Shown one piece after another: positions 12,887-26,507 of a stretch of DNA of 64,000 bases. Both the position numbers and the translations under genes were made by a program. Location of the stretch: assembly GCA_964035575.1 (NCBI GenBank), contig OZ037839.1, positions 1,116,001 to 1,180,000 of the forward strand. Reading direction: 5' to 3'. Source of the stretch: Rhynchopus sp. YZ270_cl-10. Taxonomy: Eukaryota. The stretch's first letter is position 1, and every line of letters starts with the position of its first letter. Under the pieces are notes generated by a model, which worked only from the letters and a program-made list of their open reading frames with translations, made no database searches and was not told the DNA's origin.

Positions 12887-14108
12887 TTTATGTGTCTCTT
12901 GATGTATCTCTGCGGGTGGGTTGTATCCAGGCCTAATGCTAACTTTGGGGGAGGGGGAAAAGTGAACCAACGGAAAAATGCACTTTCCATTACATGTTCC
13001 AACTGCAGCACTGTAATCACTGTGTAGCGCATACAATGAAAAAAGCAGATACCCCTTGGCTACCTCTACCAGACAACACAGCTGAGAAGCTTAACATGGC
13101 TGCTATCAAACCTGGTGCTAAAAAGCCTGGCGCTAAAACCCAAAAAGTTGTGCCAAAGCTACGGCAGAGCAGACTTGTCTTTGCTGTCAAGAAGGAGACT
13201 GTGAGTAGGGAGTACTGTTCTTACAACTGCAGGGCGGCGGCAGGGGCGGCAGTGGTGGGGTCGCAGTATGCACTGCTGTGTCCTTCTTTTAATTTCCCTT
13301 CGTCCTGAAGATGCGGGCGCAGACGCCCACACCCAATGCTCCCAAGCATCACTGAAACAAAAAGCACAGGAGGTACCCTAAATTGGTCAAAAATGGTAAA
13401 AATGGTAAAAATGGTAGGAATTTTGGGGGCTTTTTTAGGGGAAAAAAAGGGTGAGGGGAGTTGGGTCCAGTCATAGGGGGTATAGCATATTTTTTGGAAA
13501 ATTCTTCAAAAAATCAAGGATTTTTGCTGGGCACAATGAAAATTTTCAGAAAAATCCCAATTTTCGGCCAAATTTGGAGCAAATTATGGCCCACCCACCC
13601 CGATTTTGGGTCAAAAACCGACTTCATTTTTGCACAGGAGTGCCTACGATTTCGTAAACCAGAGGTCCTCTGGATGCATGCATTGATAAACACAACACTG
13701 GAAATTGCAAGGAACGGGTCTGCATGTGCGTGTTCTCTAGCCACCACAGTCACAGGGTATGCACAAAATGACCGAAGTGCAATGGCGTGAACGAAGTGCA
13801 ATGGCGATAATGGAAAGATAGATGCCGGCATTGGTGAATTGCTGGAGTTCTGCACAGGAAGTTAGCATGACGTAGAATCACTGTGTGAACAAAATGACCG
13901 TATTTTGGTTGAAAATTTGACTTGAAAATTTTTTTCATAATTTGCCCAATCGAAGGTTTTCCTTGGATTTTTTGGGCCATTTTATGACGTACCACGCCCA
14001 ATTTTTTTTTTGGTCAAAAATCGCCTTGTATTACCACTGTATTGGTGTAGGCTTGTACACAGAAGTGTGTTTTGTGTAACCACAGATGGTCAAAACACCC
14101 GATTTTTG

Positions 14109-14144
<36 letters not shown>

Positions 14145-14151
14145 GTTTTTT

Positions 14152-16384
14152 CACGGGTTGCCTACGATCGTAGTACGATCTCTTACGATCGTAGCTCTTT
14201 TTTGATCGCACTACGATCGTACTACGATCAAAGTACGATCGTAGTACGATCGTACTTACGATCGTATTATGATCGTACGATCGTACTACGATCGTAAACG
14301 ATCGTACTACGATCGTAACGATCGTAGTACGATCGTACGATCCTCCTTCTAAGGTGCTCGCTCTCCATACCTAGACCCTCGAATTTTTTTTTTTGCCCCT
14401 ATATTGGGCTAATTTCGACGATTTGAGGCCATTAAAAGCAAAATTTGGCACTTTTGAGCATCTAGGGGGGTCTAAAACGCGGTTCCGCGAACCCAAAATT
14501 TCGTGATTTTTACCAAAGACAAGTCGATTTTTGAAAAAATCTCAAAAAAAAAAATCCCAATTTTTTTTTTTCACAAGTGTTTTTGAGGCCTGCTCACTAC
14601 ACCCTAGGTACCCTTCTGGGACCAAAAAGTCAAAAAAGGCAAGAATTGGGCTGTTTTGAGCATCTAGAGTTAATTCCCCAGTCATTTTCTGTACCACCAG
14701 TGCATTTTGTATGGGCCAGCGCCTTGTCAAAAAATCGAAAAATCTCAAAAAAAAAAAAAATTTTTTTTCGGGAAAATTTCGACCCCTGAGTTGGGTTTTT
14801 GGGCACCAAAAAGTGCAAAAAAACGCAAAAATCGGGTGTTTTGACGATCTGGGGGTAAACCATATGCACTACTGCACAATATCGACTTTTCCTTAGCAAA
14901 TTCCTTGGAGTATTGAAACAAATAAAAAAAAGGATAATACCCAGTGGGTATTATCCTAAATTATTTTGGGTATTATGGGTACTGGGTACTGGGTACCCAG
15001 AGAAGGCACCTTGACAGCAGCGAAGGCGCAAGACAAGGTATGTAAATATGTTTAACTTTCTGGTGAATATTCAACAAAATAAGGCCGTCGACTCGCATTT
15101 CCTCCAAAAAGTCTCCATAACAATATTTTACACCCTCAGGCCAACTTATTTTTTAAAGAAATCACCTTCTTTAAATTCCCCACCACTCACAACTTCACTT
15201 TTAAACAGGTATCGCGAGTGCAACATCGAGAACCAACTGTGCAGAACGAGCGAACATATGGGGTGGAAAGGGGAGTGGGAACACTCTGTCAGTCACTGCT
15301 ATAGCCATTAACCCAGGGAGCATAGCTAGTGCAAGAAATTCGACTTCGGGATCCGGAAAGTCTGTCCTCTGCTTGCGGAGGACTGGGCACAATAAAATAT
15401 TGCGTTCCCCCAGAAAACTAATTTTGTCACAGTAATTTTTGCCCAGGGCATGCTCTTGAAGCATGGCGGCTTGGTGTGAGAAGGGGCAGTGTATTGTTTT
15501 GTTCTAGATTTCAACGGTTGTTAGAACGAGTCAAGTGGATGCTTATCTAAACACTGACTTTAGTACAGACCCGAGAGATCACACATGACTTTGAGGAAAG
15601 AACAAAGCAATGCATCTGTACCCGCACGCCAGGTTGTAGTTACTTCAGAATTTTCTTAAGTTTGCATGAAAGAGAAGGGGGCGAAACCTTTGTATACGTT
15701 TACGACGAAGGTAGTAACCTAATGACAACCATGTGGTGGCTGTAATTCACATCCCTTAGAATTACCAGAATTCAGCCTTTGTTGAAGTAACGTGCATACT
15801 TGTATGTGCGTGTCACGCTTCTCCACCCTTAAATGGGTGCACCGCTCGGTGAGCAGTGGTAACCCTTCTCGACTAGTGCAAACTTAAGAATTTTCTGCTG
15901 GAACTTACCAAAATCGATTTTCTTTCACCCCAAACACCCGCAACACCCCACCTGCTACTTCGGTAGCCTGTGTTGTTGGGAGTTGGTTCTCATGTTGATC
16001 CCCAGTGACTGTCTAGCACTGCTTCTTCTGAGCCCAACGTTGTTTGGCCTGTCGACGTAATAAATACGAAGACAGGGCGGCGGTGCCAACAATTTTCCAA
16101 TGATGTAACGTTTTATCTGATTGATTATCGTTTGATATACCTTGTGTGTGCTTCATGCACACCATGCAAGGAATATCGAACGGTATTTCAAGCGATATTC
16201 GTTATTTCGTTTGGCAAACGTACTACGATCGTACTACGATCGTAATGATCGTACTACGATCGTACTACGATCGTTTACGATCGTAGTACGATCGTAGTTG
16301 ATCGTAGTACGATATTTTACGATCGTTACGATCGTTTTTTGGTACGATCGTAAACGATCGTACTACGATCGTAGGCAACCCGTG
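14152..16384. mobile_element. Non-autonomous TIR element with 29-bp perfect TIRs and subterminal TACGATCG repeats
   Basis: CACGGGTTGCCTACGATCGTAGTACGATC at 14152 and its reverse complement ending at 16384. Dense (TA)CGATCG clusters at both ends; T runs on both flanks. Confidence 0.85.
14585..14825. repeat. ~240-bp dispersed repeat, inverted copy at 16641-16880
   Basis: GAGGCCTGCTCACTACACCCTAGGTACCCTTCTG...GGCACCAAAAA matches the reverse complement of 16641-16880 with scattered mismatches. Confidence 0.88.
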
Positions 16385-17378
16385 TTTTTTTGGCATTTTT
16401 GAATTTTTCCTGTAACCTCTCTCTCTTTTACGGCAGGTGACCGGTTGAGGTGATACTTCCGGACTGAGGAAGGGCATTCTTTTACTTTTTTATTTGCCTG
16501 GAGGGGGTACGGGGCGGCCTCTTGTAAGTTTGTTTTTGTTTGTAGTCTTTTGTTGGTTTAGGGGCGTGGCTGACGACACGATGAACCTCCTTGGCTCAAA
16601 GCTGTTAACGACGTCTAGCCAGGCCTGGCTAGACGTCGTTTTTTTTTGCATTTTTTGGTGCCCAAAGACCCACCTCAGTGGTCGAAATTTTCCCGAAAAA
16701 AAAAATTTTTTTTTTTGAGATTTTTCGATTTTTCGACAAGGCGCTGGCCCATACAAAGTGCACTGGTGGTACAGAAAATGGCTGGGGAATAAACTCTAGA
16801 TGCTCAAAACAGCCCAATTCATGCTTTTTTTGACTTTTTGGTCTCAGAAGGGTACCTAGGGTGTAGTGAGCAGGCCTCAACAGGCCTTTTGCTAACTTTG
16901 GGATTTTCCCCCTGAATGGCATGATGGTCAAAAAAAAATAATTTCCTGGAAAAAAAAGTACATTCCGAGCTTTCCCACCTGGTGAAAGCGGTCGTCGCGC
17001 GCTTCGCGCGCGCCTCCCTGCCAGCCACAGGGTGGAGAGGCGAAGGGTCAGCTTTGCGAGATAACAAAAAAAAACGGAATCTAATCCTTTATTAACGGTG
17101 CTTGGTCTTGCGCCTTACGTACACTAACAGTACAAAATCAATACGTCTTCCAGAAGCAGGGGCTGTTGCAACGGTTGGGTCACTTTGAAATAACAATGGT
17201 CAAATTTTTGCAGCTTGGGTCAAGTTTCATTTCTGGCTGCAAAATGCAAGGGAATCCCCTTAGACATTGTAAAATGGCACCGTAGGCAGGAAGAAAATAG
17301 CGTACAGCGCGAGCGAAGCGAGCGGGAATTTTTTTTGAGGTAACCTCTGCGAGCGCAGCGAGCAGAAAAATTTTAAGG

Positions 17379-17825
17379 TGCCATCATGCCATCATGCCAT
17401 CATGCCATCATGCCATCATGCCATCATGCCATCATGCCATCATGCCATCATGCCATCATGCCATCATGCCATCATGCCATCATGCCATCATGCCATCATG
17501 CCATCATGCCATCATGCCATCATGCCATCATGCCATCATGCCATCATGCCATCATGCCATCATGCCATCATGCCATCATGCCATCATGCCATCATGCCAT
17601 CATGCCATCATGCCATCATGCCATCATGCCATCATGCCATCATGCCATCATGCCATCATGCCATCATGCCATCATGCCATCATGCCATCATGCCATCATG
17701 CCATCATGCCATCATGCCATCATGCCATCATGCCATCATGCCATCATGCCATCATGCCATCATGCCATCATGCCATCATGCCATCATGCCATCATGCCAT
17801 CATGCCATCATGCCATCATGCCATC
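17379..17825. repeat. Perfect (TGCCATCA)n array, ~56 copies, inside conserved flanks
   Basis: Read directly; flanks are shared with the array at 22796-23506. Confidence 0.98.
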
Positions 17826-18534
17826 TGGGGAAATCCCCAGGTGATGCAGAGCGAAAGCCCTGCCCAACCACCCCCCGTGGCATGATGGTGGCATGATGGA
17901 AAAAAAAATAAAAAACGCCCAAAAACGTGGCATGATGGCATGATGGTTAGCAAAAGGCCTGAGGCCTCAAAAACACTTGTGAAAAAAAAAAAAATTTTTT
18001 TTTTTTTTGAGATTTTTGAAAAATCGGCCGATTTTGCGACCAAATTTGGCTGGGGAATTTCGGCGACCAAAGGGTCCCCCCTTTGGGAAAAAAACGAAAT
18101 CGACCAAAAAAGGTACCCTAACATTTCGGTTTTTTTCGGTTTTCATTTCGTTTTTTCTGGTACAAGGGGAAATTTCCCTTTGCGAAAAAAAAAAAAAACG
18201 AAATGGACCGAATTCAGGCCTTTTTCTAAATCCGGTCCCCGTCCCCAGATTTGGAAAAATAAATTTTTTTCCCGCACTTTTTTTCCCGCCGTCTCTACTG
18301 CGTTTTAGGGGTTCACAGGGGCTCAGAGGAGCCCGAGAAGAAATACCACGCGTCTGGATGAGACCGCTCATGCAAAATAACCAGTTTTTGGGGGAGGGAA
18401 AAAAAAGGGGGGGAGGGGTGCCGAATCCAGAATGGCCCCCCACCATCACCAAGTCCCCCTGTGGTTGAACGGGAGTACCTTGGGGAACTGGGTTGCTGAC
18501 CGCACCATCCAGGCTGTACCTCAAATTTTTTTTG

Positions 18535-18730
18535 CCTGCGGCGCCATTTTTCATTTTTTGCTCGCAAAAAAGGGTTCGTTGAGTGACTCTGTGGTGTAAA
18601 AAGCTAGATTTTTACACCGTGCCCTAAATTTTTTTTTGCCTGCGGCGCCATTTTTTTTGTATTTTTTTTGCTCCGCAAAAAAAAATACAGTCCATCTGTT
18701 CCCAATGTCTTCCCTGTTCAGCATCGCCAA
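18535..18730. repeat. Dispersed ~200-bp repeat family containing GCCTGCGGCGCC hairpins (related copies near 36255-36390, 42250-42450, 52775-52850)
   Basis: GTGGTGTAAAAAGCTA..TTTACACCGT.CCC...GCCTGCGGCGCCATTT recurs in the opposite orientation near 36330-36390 and 42320-42380; the 52775 copy shares the hairpin and its flank. Confidence 0.75.
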
Positions 18731-20037
18731 AAAATATCTCATGGACCACACTTCGCTGAGGCGGTGCACGAACCAATGGTTCATTTTCTTTCAAGTCTGC
18801 CTCGATAAAGAAATCTCTGAAACTCATACAGAAAACAGTGGTAGTTTTTCCGAGAGACCACAAAGTGAGGTGGGCAAACGCCACTTTAGGAGGATTACTG
18901 CAGCCCTGGCCAACCTGGAGCCCTCCATCACCCTCGTCGAGGCACAAGTACCCCCTCCGCCATTCTTCCACACTATCCGTGAGGACGATTTTACGCTGCG
19001 TATGAGCAAGGGGCCAGCCCATATCAGCTTTGTCTAAAAAATCCCTCCACCCATCACCCAAATATGGCCCAGATTGTGTTCAAATGGGTCAAATTTTCAC
19101 AGCGCTTCCCAAATTTGTCATGGAGGCGGGCGCAAAGCGCAAAAAAACCCCGAAAAAGGGCACAAAAATCACACAAAAAAGACGCGAAAAGGGCGGGAAA
19201 AGGGCGGGAAAAAAACCGGTCCCCAGCCGAAAAAACCCCGGAAAATAGGCCCGTCACGGTTCAGGCCTGGACCGAATTACACCGAATTGGACCGAACAGT
19301 TAGGGTACCTCCACACCCCCTCTTTTATTTTCCTCTATTTTGTGTGTGCAGACACCCGAGGATGCACTCCACTCCACTCCACACACCCTCTATCTCTGTC
19401 CTCTCCATTGCCCACTACGAACCCACTTGGTAGAGTTTTCTAACAATTCTTCATTTTTCCACAAATCTCTAATCTCACGGACCTGGCCCCTCTTTAACCC
19501 TTTATGGATCACGGCTGTGTTTTGTGATTTGCCATGATTGGCTCTCCCATAGGTAAAATGAGATCCGATGCATATTTTTGATCGTACCTGGCCGCAATTG
19601 AAAGATTTTGAGCAGATCTTTCAAATGGAGCAGAAATCGAAATAAAATGAGAAAAATGGAAAATGGAAAATGGAAAATTGAGGAGAGCTGATATTTTTTT
19701 TCTGAAAATTTTGAAGAAAAAATTATTCCGGCTGACCTGTTTTTTCGGTATTCGAAAATGGCTTTATTTGAAAGATCGGTTCAAAATCTTTATAACTATT
19801 TGTCACTTTCAGGTTATTGGGTGTTGCAGGCTCGTGTGCTTTATGTGGGTTGATCTGGTTGATAAACCGGCTCGTGGTTGTTCTTGGGTTTGCGTGTTCG
19901 CCACTGTGGATCCCTCAAAAGCCTATTTTTGTGCCTGTTAATGACTTCTCGAGTCTGCATTGCACTTCGCGGTAGCCCCAAGGGAAGACACCCTTCTTCA
20001 GAAACCAGGTAGAGAATGCTGCCCCACCCCTACCCCC

Positions 20038-20643
20038 TAGGGGGGGTCAAATGCACTTAAAAAAACGATACAAACGTCATTTTTTCGAGTTTTTGATAAA
20101 AACGCATTATTTTGGATGATTGAGTAGAAATTTTGACCAAGAACCTCTCAAAAACATCGTGGGGGGGTGGTTTTCATGCCAGAGGGGGATCACATGCACC
20201 CCAAATGGTGAAATTCCAAAAAAAAAAAATTTTTGCCCATGATTGGTACCAGCCCCACCAATTCCTTAAGGAGTTAAATTCCGATTTTTTTCATTTTTTT
20301 TGCGATTTTTTTGCTCAAAAACTGACGATACCCTGTTTTCGGGGCAAAACTCTCTAATTTTGGGCAGTTCCGTGTGAAAATATGCAAAAATAGTCAAAAA
20401 TTGGAAAATCGTTAAGGAAATCGTTAAGGAAAATCCTTAAGACTTAACGTGGGGTACCAATCACAGGCAATTTTTTCATTTTTGACGTCTAGGCGCTCCT
20501 GGGCCCGAAAAATGGGTCAAAACCGACCTACAAACAGTTTTCCACACGATATGTGTCACATTTTCGGGTCAGATTCACTTAGAAATGCATTTTTATCGAA
20601 AACTGAAAAAAGTGGGTTTGTATCACCCATTTGACCGCCCCTA
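20038..20643. mobile_element. 606-bp MITE-like element with 16-bp TIRs and a 12-bp flanking direct repeat
   Basis: TAGGGGGGGTCAAATG and CATTTGACCGCCCCTA pair with 1 mismatch. ACCCCTACCCCC flanks both sides (20026-20037 and 20644-20655). Confidence 0.65.
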
Positions 20644-22795
20644 ACCCCTACCCCCTCTACACTATCCGCGTAGATCCCCCCACTATGTAAGGAGCCATCT
20701 GATGCCACAAGGCAAGTCGCTCCCCGTGATGGCGTGCGCGTTTACGAACTGAGTCACGATTGCCCTTAGGGTCCCACGGTAAAACTTGCAACATCATAGA
20801 GTTTTTTTGGTCGTTAAAAAGGCTGGTATAAAGAGGTCGCATGATTCGCCGAGCGGTTGTGAACCGCCTCCGTTCTCTTACGGTACGGAACACCCATCTC
20901 CTCCCTTTGCATGAGCTCGACTGAGATGCGTTTTAGCACGTTTCAACTGCTCTTTTTTACTTTCTGTACCCAGATCAACCACCCCTCCAAAGCAGCAAAC
21001 CCTACCCCTGACCAGGGGAAGTCTCCTGGGCCCATGAAGCGGAACTATTTACTCACTGATCCTCTCATAAATCCATCCATCCACGTATCTTTTTTTCAAA
21101 ATGTATGTTCGCAACTCTCATAAAAAAGTAGCGCACCGTGCGCCTGCGGCGCGGCCAAATGCGAATACTAAACACTTTCTGCTAGCTCGTGTAGTTGATG
21201 AGCGAGAACGAACGGAACGAAACCAAATCGATCGTAACGCCTCGTAAACTCGCTAAAACACCTGAGTGGTCACAGAACACAACGTAGTGCCTGGCTTTTT
21301 GGGTTGTTTTTTCCCACAAAAGGGCCCCTGTGCGGTCTAGACCTAGTTCCAACACCCCAGAATCGCGTTTCCCAGTCCACATAGCCGGGTATGTGGCCCA
21401 AAAAAACCACCCAAAAAGGCGAAAATCCCGGTTTTTGGTGAAAAACGCTTGTTTTTCCCAAGGAACGCACGTTTCTAAAGCATTTCCCACGTTAACTCGC
21501 GACACAAAAATAGGAATTAAAAACAAATCTCTCACAGATCTGATTTGGTGATCCGCATTTTTGAGGCCCAATCTTTCCAACGCCGAAAAAAATCGTACAC
21601 TTTGGCGCATTTTCGGGTGGGTGCACCAGCGTTTTCGACACATTGTGTCCCAGTCCACTGAGAATAACCGGGTCCCGGGTCCCTAAGTCTTATTCTCAGT
21701 TATGGCCTCCCCTCAAGGAAAAAAGCAGGCACTGCAACGTCAATATTCAATAATATGATCAGTATTTCAATATTATTGACACTTTCAATATTCAATAAAT
21801 AATATTCATCACCAAATCAATATATTGACGATATTCAATATACTTATGAAGCCATGTATTCACACAATTTTTTTTTCTGGCCTCAATACCCCCAAACTAC
21901 ACGATTTTCGGTTCCGGAAAATTTTTGGAGTACCAACTATCGCGAAAAAAATCGATTTTTTTGGTGTCGTCCGCACATCTCTTTAATAAAGACCAAAGCA
22001 CCAAGGCGTTGTAATTCATGTGTAATGGGGCGTAATGGGGTGAAATGGGATGAAAGTATGTGAACGTGAGCGTTATTGTGGTACCCCCCGGGACACCCCA
22101 TAAAATGTATGTGTCAATTTTTTGTGCATGTATTTTGGACACAAACCTGAAAAGCACCAAAAACCGCCGCACCAAAACTTTTTTTCCCTACCCCCCCCCC
22201 CCCCCGTGCATAAGTCCGACCCCCATGACCCGTGCATAAGTCCGGGCAGATTTGGGCTCAGGATCGGACTTATGCACAGGCCGACTTATACACCGGTTTT
22301 GTGTACTGGTGGTGGGGAGAATTTAGGTGGGGAGAATTTTCCGAATTTTCCTGAAAATGACCCTTTTTTTTGTTTACGAGCATGGGTTCATATTTTGCGA
22401 AAATATAAGTCAGGGTGGGTCAACTAATTTTTTTTGGTCGGTGTATCAGGGGGTTTGAAAAAAGAACTTTTGTGTGGTACTCCAGAAATAAAAAATACCA
22501 AGTACGCAACAAGTACGCAATATGGGGTCGTCAGGAGCACCATGGTGGAGTTCATCCTCGGGTGTCTACACTAATGCAAACCAAGCTTTCAAAGACCTAG
22601 TAAGCACGCAAAAAAAAGTTCCGTACCGACCCTCTTCTGTGAAATTGTCCCCGGTACAAAAAGGGAATCCGTCCGCGCTGTGGTCACTTTGCCGAAATGG
22701 CCAAATCCTTGGCTTTGGTCAAAATCCATGTAGGCTAAAGAGAAATATTTTTGAGGTATACCTCCGCGAGCGTAGCGAGCAGAAATATTTTAAGG

Positions 22796-23506
22796 TGCCA
22801 TCATGCCATCATGCCATCATGCCATCATGCCATCATGCCATCATGCCATCATGCCATCATGCCATCATGCCATCATGCCATCATGCCATCATGCCATCAT
22901 GCCATCATGCCATCATGCCATCATGCCATCATGCCATCATGCCATCATGCCATCATGCCATCATGCCATCATGCCATCATGCCATCATGCCATCATGCCA
23001 TCATGCCATCATGCCATCATGCCATCATGCCATCATGCCATCATGCCATCATGCCATCATGCCATCATGCCATCATGCCATCATGCCATCATGCCATCAT
23101 GCCATCATGCCATCATGCCATCATGCCATCATGCCATCATGCCATCATGCCATCATGCCATCATGCCATCATGCCATCATGCCATCATGCCATCATGCCA
23201 TCATGCCATCATGCCATCATGCCATCATGCCATCATGCCATCATGCCATCATGCCATCATGCCATCATGCCATCATGCCATCATGCCATCATGCCATCAT
23301 GCCATCATGCCATCATGCCATCATGCCATCATGCCATCATGCCATCATGCCATCATGCCATCATGCCATCATGCCATCATGCCATCATGCCATCATGCCA
23401 TCATGCCATCATGCCATCATGCCATCATGCCATCATGCCATCATGCCATCATGCCATCATGCCATCATGCCATCATGCCATCATGCCATCATGCCATCAT
23501 GCCATC
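22796..23506. repeat. Perfect (TGCCATCA)n array, ~89 copies, inside conserved flanks
   Basis: Read directly. Confidence 0.98.
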
Positions 23507-26500
23507 TGGGGGGGAAATCCCCAGGTGATGGATAGCGAAAGCCCTGCCTGCCCCACCCCCCGTGGCATGATGAAAAATATTTTTGTCTAATTATAGACTA
23601 CTATCACTAGATAGTAGCCACGGTTTGGGCGGCATGATGAAAAAAATAAAAAGACGCCCAAAAACGTGGCATGATGTCATGATAGTTAGCAAAAGGCCTG
23701 CCCGGGGTACAGAACACCCCCCCAGAATTTTATTTCCCAACCCAACAACAATGATAAAGCGTGAAGACAATAAAAGCAAAGCGGCATAAATTTGAGGTTT
23801 TGTGAGGCACTTAACGAGTGTACCGGCTCTGTGGAGCCACGGAGCCACCAACACTCCCCTGTCTTTTTTCCTGCGCTTCCAGGAAAACTCGCCTATGCGA
23901 CTAGGTTGTTGGAAAAAATCCTAAAATTCGGGCTAAAATGGAGGGGTGTTGGGGGACGTCGGGAGGGGTTGCTATTTTTTGAAAATCAGGTGGAAAAACA
24001 CGTCAAAATAACGGAGGGAAAAGTCATCCCCAAAGACCCCGAATCCCAAAATTGTGACCGGTTCCCAGTGACCCATCAAAGTTGGGTGTGGGGTGCAGTT
24101 ACTCGACACACCCTCAAACCCCCCTCTGAACACGAAAGCTTCCCCGGAAAGTCAATCACACTCGATCGCGTGCAATCGCAGTGCATTGAACTCTTACAGT
24201 ATGTGCACACCACACCTGCAAGAGATGAGAAGACGTGAAGCAACCCCACCGCCGTCGTGAGGGCTTCCAAAACCATGTAGGTCATTGTTCCCCTTTCCTT
24301 TGGCTCGATTAATGTTGGCCTGAAAACGGGGAGGAGCACACTGGGTAGAAACCTACTGCACAACAAACCACGGTACGCATACCACACCAGGGTTGCTTCC
24401 CCCCCGGTGTCTTGATCCTCTCGCTCTCCTCACGCTTGCCCATTGTTCACCCAGTTTCCACTAAAATATCGTGTCCACTCGAACACCTGTCGCCTGACCA
24501 CACCTCCCCATCCCTCGGCCGTCCTCCAACCGCACTGCACGACGCTCTGTGCCAGTCGCAGTTGTCGACAACGAATGCGAAGAGATGCTGTGCACAGCGT
24601 GAATGCCACATCCTGTGTAGATGAACTCTACCCAAGGCTGCTGACGGGGTGTCAGCAGGCAGACACAAAAGAAGCAACCTTGCAACACCAACGAGCCTCA
24701 CGCAAAAGAAAGAACGGGACAAAAAGCACCAAGCCATCACGAGTTGAAAGCTCTGCTTTGACCCACCACAGACCCGCTGTGTCCCTCCCATGCTGTCCAC
24801 AGCACTGCCCCCACCCTCACCAACGCCACCAATAACCCTGTACAGAGCACAGCCTCATCCACCCTACCTGCCCGCCACCTCACAAGCGTCACTCAACCTC
24901 TCATTCTCAGACCGTTCACAAACGCAGCACCGACACCCTGCTCTCTCGTGTGTCACAAGCCTTGCCCCCTCCTCGTCTTTGCTGGCAGCACATAACCCAA
25001 AAGGTCCCCTCCCATCCCCAACGTTCTCATCAGCAGTTTTGGAGCCTTTCAAATGAGGGCCTCCGTTTTCTACTTTATTGTTTGTCCCTCTCCACCTGGC
25101 TCTCATTGACCCACACCCACCCCAAATGACTGCATTGTGCATGGCATGCAGTGTGGTGTGTTGATCAGAACACAGCCATCATTACCCACCCCACCCGCAA
25201 GCAGCACAACCCTCTCACCTAGACACCACCCGCAACACACAATACGTGACGCCCTTCGCTCGTTCTCCCTCCTCACGCGACACACAACGCTTCAAACAAA
25301 CCCAACAACACTGCACGCCCACCACGCCTGCACCCTGCTTGGAACCTCCCCTCCCCTCCCTACGTCGCATGCTTGCGGTTCCGTGCAAGGCAACAAAACA
25401 GTGCAACACCTTGAACACCAAGTGTGCAGGTGGTGTGCCAGGCTGCAAACACCACCATCCACCCACAACAACACAACACCAGCGCCAAACCACCCACCCC
25501 GTCTAGCATACACAGCCGTGCACCACCAAGACGCACACCGGAGCAGTCGTGGTGTGCGCTGCCACTTTGCTGCAATGCATCCCACCTGCCAGTTGCGGAT
25601 ACGCGAAGTGCAGCACAGCACCACCCACCTACCGTACAGCAAACACCACCCAGGATGTGTTACGTGTATGGTGTCACCACCCCCCACCACCACTCCCCAT
25701 TTCCCCAAACCAGCCTTGCACCTCACCGCAATAGCGCACCACACCCTCATGGATCCCAACGCTCTTCTCGCTTCGCAAAAGCACACTCTAGCATCTAAAA
25801 GACCCGTCTGTAAGGTATTGCAAAATGCAAAGACCCACTCTGCCAAAGCGTCCTGTGTAGATGAACTCTACCCAAGGTTTCTGACGGGGTGTCAGCAGGC
25901 AGAGGGGCCGCGTAATCGCCACAAGCAAGAACGGGACAAAAATAAAATGCACCAAGCTATCACGAGTTGAAAGCTCTGCTTTGACCCACCACAGACCCGC
26001 TGTGTCCCTCCCATGCTGTCCATAGCACTGCCCCCATGCTGATCCATGCTCTCAATGCTCTATATCCTGACGACCTTCGCGCGCGCTCATCCATACAACC
26101 ACAGGAAGGAGAGGGGAGGAAGGTGGGCGCCGCAGGTGAAAAAGAAAAACTGATATCTGAGTTTTAGCTAGTCTGATAAACGAAAGAAACGAAATCAGAA
26201 AAATAATTTTTCGTTGATTGCACCAAATTTTTGTGGAGTGTGTCGGGACAAAAACAAAAACTTTTCTATGAATAAGTTGTGTCGTGTTGGTGTCGCTCTC
26301 ACCAAAAATTCGGGCACCCTCAGATACGTTTTCATTTCCTCCCCTCCAACCTTTGCAAGGCAGTTGTTTCAAAAAAGCAAAACCAAAAAAAAAATGCACT
26401 ATTCGCAGTTTTGCCAATACAGTACTGTATGTGCTTTTGTTTTTATGAAGACAGCAAGAGCGCCGCAGGCGCACGGTACGCTACTTTTGTCCTTCAATCC

Positions 26501-26507
26501 TGCCAGA

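Noticed and set aside
21658..21700. 11-bp inverted repeat ACTGAGAATAA/TTATTCTCAGT
   Set aside because: Single occurrence with no TSD or second copy in the window.
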